DNA of 64,000 nt, taken from Meiothermus sp. (lineage in GTDB: Bacteria > Deinococcota > Deinococci > Deinococcales > Thermaceae). The stretch lies in contig JANRLD010000026.1 of the NCBI GenBank assembly GCA_033762915.1, positions 32,001 through 96,000 on the forward strand. The letters run 5' to 3'. Position 1 is the first letter of the stretch. Each line of letters opens with the position of its first letter. Shown here in pieces: positions 57,641-64,000 of the stretch. The position numbers were made by a program, and so were the translations under genes. The notes beneath the pieces were generated by a model that saw nothing but the letters and a program-made list of their open reading frames with translations, was not told the origin of the DNA and made no database searches.

Positions 57641-58690
57641 ATGGAAGCCCCCACCCCCACTCCCACCCCCCTAATCAAGCTCAACGAGATCGGTCTGGCG
57701 AAAAAGGACTACGATGGCGTGGCCAGCACGCTGTGCAAGGGCTGCGGGCACAACAGCATCTCGAGCCAAATCGTGCAGATCGGCTTCGAGCTGAACCTGC
57801 GGCCCCACGAAATCATCAAGCTCTCGGGCATTGGCTGCTCGTCGAAGTCGCCGGCCTACTTCCTGGGCCTGTCCCACGGCTTCAACACCCTGCACGGGCG
57901 GATGCCCAGCGTGAGCACCGGGGCGCTGCTGGCCAACCACACCCTGCGGGCCATCGGGGTCTCCGGCGACGGCGATACCGGCAGCATCGGGATGGGCCAG
58001 TTCAAGCACCTGATGCGCCGCAACGTGCGGATGGTCTACATCGTGGAGAACAACGGCGTTTACGGCCTGACCAAGGGCCAGTTCTCGGCCACCGCCGAGG
58101 AGGGCCTCGAGCTTAAGTACGCCGGCCACAACGACTTTCCCCAGGTCGACCTTTGCATGGAGGCCATAATTGCCGGTTGCGGTTTTGTGGCCCGCAGCTT
58201 CGCGGGCGACGCCAAGCAGGTGCGCGAGCTGATCAAGGCGGCCCTCTCGCACCGGGGCACGGCGGTGCTGGACATCATCAGCCCCTGCGTGACCTTCAAC
58301 AACGAGGACGACAGCCACAAGAGCTACGGCTACGGCACCAAGAACGAGAAGCCCCTGCACGAGTTGGGCTTCATCCCCTACGCCGAGGAGATCGTCATCG
58401 AGCCCCAGCAGCCCGGCAGCCATACCACCGTGCGGCTACACGACGGCTCGTACATCAGCCTGAAGAGCCTCGAGCACACCTACGACCCCACCGACAAGCT
58501 GGCCGCCCTACAGCGCCTGCAAACCGCCCAGGACACCGGGGAGTTCATCACCGGGCTGATCTACTACAATCCCGACCGCCCCAACCTGGCCGAGGTCGAG
58601 GAACTCGACACCCCGCTCTCGAGGCTGAGCGACGGGCAGTTGCGGCCAACGCCGGAGAAGCTCGAGCAGTTCTTGCAGGGGTATAGATAG
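57641..58690 (+). CDS. korB: 2-oxoacid:ferredoxin oxidoreductase beta subunit
   Basis: LCKGCGH, SGIGCSS, HGR, SGDGD, NNGVYGLTKGQ, SPCVTFN. Confidence 0.92.
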   Translation: MEAPTPTPTPLIKLNEIGLAKKDYDGVASTLCKGCGHNSISSQIVQIGFELNLRPHEIIKLSGIGCSSKSPAYFLGLSHGFNTLHGRMPSVSTGALLANHTLRAIGVSGDGDTGSIGMGQFKHLMRRNVRMVYIVENNGVYGLTKGQFSATAEEGLELKYAGHNDFPQVDLCMEAIIAGCGFVARSFAGDAKQVRELIKAALSHRGTAVLDIISPCVTFNNEDDSHKSYGYGTKNEKPLHELGFIPYAEEIVIEPQQPGSHTTVRLHDGSYISLKSLEHTYDPTDKLAALQRLQTAQDTGEFITGLIYYNPDRPNLAEVEELDTPLSRLSDGQLRPTPEKLEQFLQGYR

Positions 58691-58718
58691 GGTCGATGCT
58701 TCTTCGTAGTGGAAAAAG

Positions 58719-59579
58719 CTACTTGAGTTTCACTGCCTGCGCCGACTTAATCACTGCTTCAAGGTCTGGTTGCTTTACACCCTCAGTGATGTAAAAGTTG
58801 GCAGTAAAAAGCATTCGCTCGAGACTCAAAGTAGGTTCAGACCATTTGATCAAACATGGTCGTATGTATTTTTGGTGCCATTCATCCAACATGGGTCTGG
58901 GTTTGTCGCGTGTTGTATTCAACAAAAAACCTGCTGCTGTGTAGGCCGCAAAATCAGGCAAAGTTAGTAGCGTGTGGCGGCGACTGTCCCTGTAAAAAGG
59001 AGCCTCGAGAATTTTCTCCAGTAAACCCGCAACCCTCCATGCCCTATACGTATCTAGCGCTGCAAAATGCTCAAAATCTTTGTGCTGATCGGCTATTAGC
59101 ATTGCGTATGAATTCTGCTCACGGAGGAATAAATCTAAATCATATAGAACCTGAGGGAACTGTCCCAAATACATTGTCTGTGTAGCCTCTCCTCGTTCGG
59201 CTGCTTCGCGTTGACCGGTAGTTCCTTCAAGTAGATTCCTTTTATGCTTGGCACGATCCATATACCTTACGTGATATAAGACATTAGCATTCTGGGCTGC
59301 CTGAAGTATCTTTTCGATCCAGCCAAATGATTGCTCGACGCTCATGCGATTTTTGTACGGGCCAGTACGCTGATAAAGATCAACCATATGAAGGCGATGC
59401 GTTTCTGGCAGCGCTAAATTGCGTTTGATCTCGAGGGAGATTTCGATCAACTCACCTTCTAGTTGAAGCCAGTTTGTGTTGGCTGGAACAAGTGCGGCTG
59501 CGAGTGCAAATAGAGGATGTGAAGCCTCGTCTAGACGATTGCTTGAGTCTCCGAACTCGTCTAAATAAATGATGTACAT
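58719..59579 (-). CDS. DUF3800-like protein (RNase H-like fold), AT-rich
   Basis: N-terminal YLDEFG, LH motif, LIAD, S...LTLPDFAAY; SD AAGGA; markedly lower GC than the flanks. Confidence 0.7.
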   Translation of the reverse strand: MYIIYLDEFGDSSNRLDEASHPLFALAAALVPANTNWLQLEGELIEISLEIKRNLALPETHRLHMVDLYQRTGPYKNRMSVEQSFGWIEKILQAAQNANVLYHVRYMDRAKHKRNLLEGTTGQREAAERGEATQTMYLGQFPQVLYDLDLFLREQNSYAMLIADQHKDFEHFAALDTYRAWRVAGLLEKILEAPFYRDSRRHTLLTLPDFAAYTAAGFLLNTTRDKPRPMLDEWHQKYIRPCLIKWSEPTLSLERMLFTANFYITEGVKQPDLEAVIKSAQAVKLK

Positions 59580-59668
59580 GAGTTTCCTTTGGCTATTGTT
59601 TACTGCTTATAAGAATACGGCAACTATGTGAACTTGGTTGATTCTGAGCCCAGAACAACTACTTTTCC

Positions 59669-60181
59669 CTATGCATTTCGGTTCAACTCATACCGAAAAC
59701 AATCCATCCCGAAGTAGTTGGTGCGTAGGGTCTGCCGCATCCCCAGCTTTTCCAGCACTCGCTGTGAAGCTAGGTTCTCCGGGTGGACGATGCCCACGAT
59801 GCCGGAAAAGTTGTGCTCCTCGAGGCCGTACTGCAGGGCGGCCTTGGCGGCCTCGGTGGCGAAGCCCTGGCCCCAAAAAGGCTTGCCCAGCAGGAAGTCG
59901 ATCTCGGTCTCGGCGGTGTCCTGGATGTAGAGCAAACCACAGCGGCCCATCAGCTCGCCCGTGGCCCGAAGCTCCACCGCCCAGTCGCCGTAGCCGCGCT
60001 GCTGCCAGTGGCTCTGGAACCAGCCGATCATGCCCTCGACGCGCTCGAGCGAGGGCGGTTCGGAGCTGGGGAAGTACCTCAGCACGCCCTCCTCGGCCAT
60101 CACGCGGCGCATGGCCTCGGCGTCGGTGGCCTCAAAGCCCCGCAGCCGTAGGCGGGGGGTCAGGAGTTCGGGGACGGTCAT
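59669..60181 (-). CDS. GNAT family N-acetyltransferase (RimJ/RimL-like)
   Basis: LTPRLRLR, FWGQGFATEAA, HPENLASQRVLEKLGM; start ATG 60181. Confidence 0.88.
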   Translation of the reverse strand: MTVPELLTPRLRLRGFEATDAEAMRRVMAEEGVLRYFPSSEPPSLERVEGMIGWFQSHWQQRGYGDWAVELRATGELMGRCGLLYIQDTAETEIDFLLGKPFWGQGFATEAAKAALQYGLEEHNFSGIVGIVHPENLASQRVLEKLGMRQTLRTNYFGMDCFRYELNRNA

Positions 60182-60341
60182 GGCCCCATTATCTGGGGCG
60201 GGGCGGCTCGAGCCTTGCACCGTCCGGCGGAACTGGGCGTAAGGCAAGGGGGGCAGGAAGAAACGCTTCCGGGCTGCGCGGTGGCTATTTGCGGCTCGAG
60301 AAGCCCGGGGTTGGGCGTACCCTATCAAAAAAGGGGTGGTT

Positions 60342-61691
60342 ATGACTCGAGCGATTTGGGTGCTGCTAAGCCTCTGGATGGGCCTGGGCCTGGCTCAGGG
60401 CTTTTCGGGCACGTTCGTGACCCAGGGACAGAACGGACCCATCACCCTCAGCCTGCAACAAACCGGCAATCAGGTGCGCGGGAGCCTCAGAGGTAACGGG
60501 GTGCGCTTCACCCTCGAGGGACAGCTCCAGGGCGATGAGGTGCTGGGGCTGGTGCGCGACGCTCAGGGGGCCATGTACGTGCTGCTCTATTTCGAGGGGC
60601 CGAAGCTTCAGATGATACTCGCCGAGATAGACCCCAGCAGCCGTGAGCCCGTCCCCGGAACCGAGCAGGAGATCGCCTTTTCCCGCACCTCCGTGGCCCA
60701 AACGCCCAGCCCCAATCCTCCTAGTCCCAGCCCCAGCCCTCCCGCCAACCCTCCCGCCAAGCCCCAGACCAACCCTCTCGCCCCGGCCCAGACCCCAGCT
60801 CCCGCGGGTGCCTCGAGTTTTCAGACCGAGCTGCGCGATGGGGGGCAGTACGCCGCAGGGTCTCGAGTGGGCTCGAGGGCGCATGGGGTGGCCTTTAGCG
60901 TTCCGCCGGGGTTTAAGGGGCAGACCAGCGGCAGCCTCACGGTACTGGGTGATGGGCAGGGGGTGGGGGCCTTGCTGCTCCCGATGTACGGGGCGGAACT
61001 GGCGGATGCCGTCTCGATCCTGAGCAGCCCGCTCCACCTCACCGAAGAAAGCGCCCTCAACCCCCAGGGCCAGCCACAGGTTCAGGGCAACCGGGTGACG
61101 GTGCGGTACGCGGGGCGCTTGGGCGACGTGCAAGCGGTGGCGATCGGGATGGCGGTGGTTCAGCAGGGCAGCGCTCTGGTGATACAGGTCATGACCGATG
61201 CGGCCCAGCAGGCCCGGCTCAACCAGGTAGCCCAGGCCCTGATGGGCTCGGTGGGCTTCTTTGCCCCCACGGGCGTGGCCCAGCGCCAGCAGGTGACCGC
61301 CCTTTTCACGGGCAAACAGGTGGGCACGTTCAGCTACAACCAGACCAGCGGCGCCAGCAGCCAGTCCAGCCTGGATCTGTGCGGCAACGGGGCGTACGCC
61401 TATCAGGGCGCGTCGGAGCGCCCCTGGCAGACCGCCTACCGCAGCAGCGGAGGCTCGTTTACCTTCAACTCCACCAACGCCCAGGCCATGGGGGTTTTCC
61501 CTGGCTCTTACGCCTCCAATCAGCACCAAGGCCGCTGGCGCATCGTGTTGCTGGGCCGCGATTGGCTGCTGGTGCTCAGGGCCCAGGACGGTCAGCTGTA
61601 TACCCGCACCCTGTCCAACCTCGAGCGCCGCTTTCCTTTCTTGGACGATAAAGAGGTGGCGAGCTTCGGCCCCAGCCCGCGCTGTCGCTAG
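60342..61691 (+). CDS. Secreted hypothetical protein with Pro-rich linker
   Basis: Signal peptide ending GLA-Q; beta-rich N-domain; PSPNPPSPSP linker; uninterrupted ORF with host-like codon usage. Confidence 0.65.
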   Translation: MTRAIWVLLSLWMGLGLAQGFSGTFVTQGQNGPITLSLQQTGNQVRGSLRGNGVRFTLEGQLQGDEVLGLVRDAQGAMYVLLYFEGPKLQMILAEIDPSSREPVPGTEQEIAFSRTSVAQTPSPNPPSPSPSPPANPPAKPQTNPLAPAQTPAPAGASSFQTELRDGGQYAAGSRVGSRAHGVAFSVPPGFKGQTSGSLTVLGDGQGVGALLLPMYGAELADAVSILSSPLHLTEESALNPQGQPQVQGNRVTVRYAGRLGDVQAVAIGMAVVQQGSALVIQVMTDAAQQARLNQVAQALMGSVGFFAPTGVAQRQQVTALFTGKQVGTFSYNQTSGASSQSSLDLCGNGAYAYQGASERPWQTAYRSSGGSFTFNSTNAQAMGVFPGSYASNQHQGRWRIVLLGRDWLLVLRAQDGQLYTRTLSNLERRFPFLDDKEVASFGPSPRCR

Positions 61692-62461
61692 GGAGTTTGG
61701 TCGAAGAAGGCGTTGATGGCCTCTGCCACAGCCTGGGGGCGGGTCAGGGTGGGGACGTGCCCGGCCCCCTCGAGGATCAGCAGCCTCGAGTTGGGCAGGT
61801 GCTGGTGCAAAAAGTGGGCGTCCTCGAGGGGCGCGATCACATCCTTGTCGCCGTGAATCACCAGGGTGGGTTGCCCGACCTTGTGCACCTCGCCGCGCAA
61901 GTCCACCTCGGCCATCATCTCGTAGAGCGCGATCGCGTTCTCGGGGCTGGCCCGGTCCAGGATTTGCCGCCCCCAGCGCTTGATGTAGGCGCTGTCCGGC
62001 TCCGGCACGCAGGCCTCCACGAAGGCCGCCAGGGTTTGGGGGTAGGCGTGCTTCAGCCCTTTCAGGAAGGGGCTGTCACGGCGGGCAGAGTTGCTTGAGT
62101 AGGCCCCGTCCACCAGCACCAGCCCGCTGACGCGCTCGGGGCGGCGCAGGGCCGCGCCCAGCGCTACCGAGGCCCCCGCCGACTCGCCCGCCAGCACGCA
62201 ACGCTCGAGGCCGTAGGCGTCCATCACCGCGAACACGTCGTCCACCAGCGCCTCGAAACGGATGGCTTCCGGCGCACAGACCGTGGCCCCTGAGCCCCGG
62301 TGGTCAAAGCCCACCGCAAACCAGCTCCGGCTCAGCGGCTCGAAGGGCGGCAGCCAGAGTTCCCAACTCCCGATCCAGCCCCCGATGCCCAAGAGGGCCG
62401 GGGCCGAAGGGTTGCCAAAAGCCGTGGAAAAGAGCTGAGCCTGGTCAGTCTGGATAAACAC
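61688..62461 (-). CDS. Alpha/beta hydrolase
   Basis: FDHRGSG, GESAG, LVIHGDKD, GAGH; GTG 62461 follows SD GGAGGT. Confidence 0.85.
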   Translation of the reverse strand: MFIQTDQAQLFSTAFGNPSAPALLGIGGWIGSWELWLPPFEPLSRSWFAVGFDHRGSGATVCAPEAIRFEALVDDVFAVMDAYGLERCVLAGESAGASVALGAALRRPERVSGLVLVDGAYSSNSARRDSPFLKGLKHAYPQTLAAFVEACVPEPDSAYIKRWGRQILDRASPENAIALYEMMAEVDLRGEVHKVGQPTLVIHGDKDVIAPLEDAHFLHQHLPNSRLLILEGAGHVPTLTRPQAVAEAINAFFDQTP

Positions 62462-62653
62462 AGCGCCACCTCCGTCGCGCCTAACTACCCCCCGTGTGCG
62501 GGTCTTAAGCTGCATAGCCGAGTTGCGAGACTTACTCGGGCGTAGCGTCGGTCTGTAGGGTATTTGGTGCCCAGTAACGTCAGGGTAACGTCTGAGCGCC
62601 GCTGTTCCCCGCTCCCTGTTCGCTGTCCTCGGTTCCCGTATGATGGGCAACCG

Positions 62654-63454
62654 ATGTCGGAAGAACTGCTCAACAATGTGCGGGTGATCCTGGTCGGCAC
62701 CCAGGAGCCGATGAACGTGGGTGCCGCGGCCAGGGCCATGCAGAATTTCGGGCTCTCAGACTTGTGGCTGGTGAACCCCGAGCCGCAGGTGCGCGAAGAC
62801 TTGGCCTACGGCGACGCTACCGACTCGTTCGCCTACCGGCTGGCGGTGCACTCCACCGAGATTTTGGACCGGGCCAAGGTGGTCGAAACCCTTCCCGAGG
62901 CGGTCGCGGACGTGCGGCTGGTGGTCGGCACTACCGTGCGCGAGCGCTACTTGTACACCGGCCCAGTGGTCACCGCCCGCCCGATGGCCGCTTCGATCGC
63001 CCAGTTCGCGCCGCAGGGCAAGGCCGCCATCGTATTCGGGCGCGAGGCCTCGGGCCTCACCACCGACGAGCTGGACCTGTCCCAGCTCGTGGTGCGCATC
63101 CCTACCTCGCCCAAGCAGTCCAGCCTGAACCTGGCCCAGGCGGTGCTGCTGCTGGGCTACGAGGTCTTTAATGCCATCCTCAACCCGCCTGAGCCGCTCA
63201 AGGCCCAGGTCGCCGAGCGGGATTCGCTCGAGCGTCTCTTCAAAGACCTCGAGGAGTTTACGCTCGAGATCGGCTTCACCGACGCCAGGCGCCTCCAGTA
63301 CACAGTGCGCCGCTTCCGCCGCCTGCTTCACAAGGCCGACCTAACCCCCGGCGAGGTGCAGTTCCTGCGGGGCTTTCTGCACCAGAGCCGGTGGTACGGG
63401 CGGCGGGGAAGGGGAGAGGGCGGCACGAGCGGGGGAGGGGACAAGGGCGCGTAG
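62654..63454 (+). CDS. trmJ: TrmJ/LasT family RNA methyltransferase (SPOUT)
   Basis: NVGAAARAMQNFG, VFGREASGLT, SLNLAQAV; start ATG 62654. Confidence 0.8.
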   Translation: MSEELLNNVRVILVGTQEPMNVGAAARAMQNFGLSDLWLVNPEPQVREDLAYGDATDSFAYRLAVHSTEILDRAKVVETLPEAVADVRLVVGTTVRERYLYTGPVVTARPMAASIAQFAPQGKAAIVFGREASGLTTDELDLSQLVVRIPTSPKQSSLNLAQAVLLLGYEVFNAILNPPEPLKAQVAERDSLERLFKDLEEFTLEIGFTDARRLQYTVRRFRRLLHKADLTPGEVQFLRGFLHQSRWYGRRGRGEGGTSGGGDKGA

Positions 63455-63490
63455 GGACGGCGGGAATGGGCCGGGGTTGAGAGGGGCGCT

Positions 63491-63883
63491 GTGGTTTTGG
63501 CGGGCGCTGTGAAATCCGAACAGCGTTCGTATGCCGGACTGGGGGCGTCTCGAGGCCAGCGGGGGCACCCTCAACCAGGGAGCAGGGGTCCTGCTGGGCG
63601 TGGCCTACCAGCTGCGCGACTCGAGCGGCAACCCGCCTGCCACCTCTTTCCAGCTGAGCCTTCCGGCTTGCCGGACTGGAACTGCGGGCAACCCCAGGTC
63701 CTTAACTCTGCCAAAGCCTCCAGCGTAGAGACGTTGTTTCTCAACTCTGTTGCCCCGTTGAGCGTCAGCAACCCCAACCTTACCTTGGTGAGGGCATCTT
63801 GGGGGCTGGTGATCGGTGCGCCTATGCGACCCGGCTGGTGGCTTCGGTCGATGGGGCCGTGGCCGCTAGGGAGGATGGTCTAG
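63491..63883 (+). pseudogene. Possible frameshifted remnant of an exported protein
   Basis: Protein-like stretches in two overlapping frames (GVLLGVAYQLRDSSGNPP; VETLFLNSVAPLSVSNPNL) with no clean start. Confidence 0.22.
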
Positions 63884-63918
63884 GAGCACTTGGCCAGCAG
63901 CGGGCGGTCAGGGTCATG

Positions 63919-64000
63919 TTGACAAACTTTGGAGCTTGGCTTACTCTGTGAACGATCACAAAGACAGAGAGAGAGAACCGCAACGTAGTGTGATCGTTCA
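63919..64000 (+). promoter_or_regulatory. Sigma70-type promoter with two LacI-type operator palindromes
   Basis: TTGACA (63919-63924), 17 nt, TACTCT (63942-63947); TGTGAACGATCACA at 63947-63960 and its reverse complement starting at 63989, cut by the window end. Confidence 0.75.

Overview
High-GC bacterial chromosome segment, most likely Deinococcota/Thermaceae (Meiothermus-like). This is inferred from an EF-G2 paralogue, infC with an ATA start, many leaderless-type genes with TAnnnT 6-7 nt before the start codon, and very frequent CTCGAG. Housekeeping and metabolic genes (infC, EF-G2, rlmB, korAB, a trmJ-like gene, a Rieske oxygenase, transporters) flank a ~30 kb surface-glycan and signalling region (about 23-53 kb). 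Its core is a 16-gene minus-strand run: manC, flippase, GT2, GT4, then STAS, SpoIIE phosphatase, RsbW-like kinase, STAS and a response regulator, then a large GT-C-type membrane protein, a hypothetical protein, a clan GH-A hydrolase and algI/algJ/algF/algX-like genes. A sigma-factor-less partner-switch cassette is therefore embedded inside a glycan biosynthesis and O-acetylation operon. The run is bracketed by an H-NOX/hybrid kinase/OmpR module on one side and a GAF-PAS kinase with a Cys4 insert on the other. Nearby are ugd/uxs, a PA14-CBM-Fn3-deacetylase lipoprotein, a PIG-V-like GT-C and an LruC-domain lipoprotein. Intergenic DNA carries a family of ~100-bp MITE/REP-like elements with compensatory hairpin substitutions, other long inverted repeats and degenerate heptamer runs. 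An AT-rich DUF3800 gene looks recently acquired. No rRNA, tRNA, CRISPR array or transposase was recognised. All calls come from motif reading only; no database searches were run.
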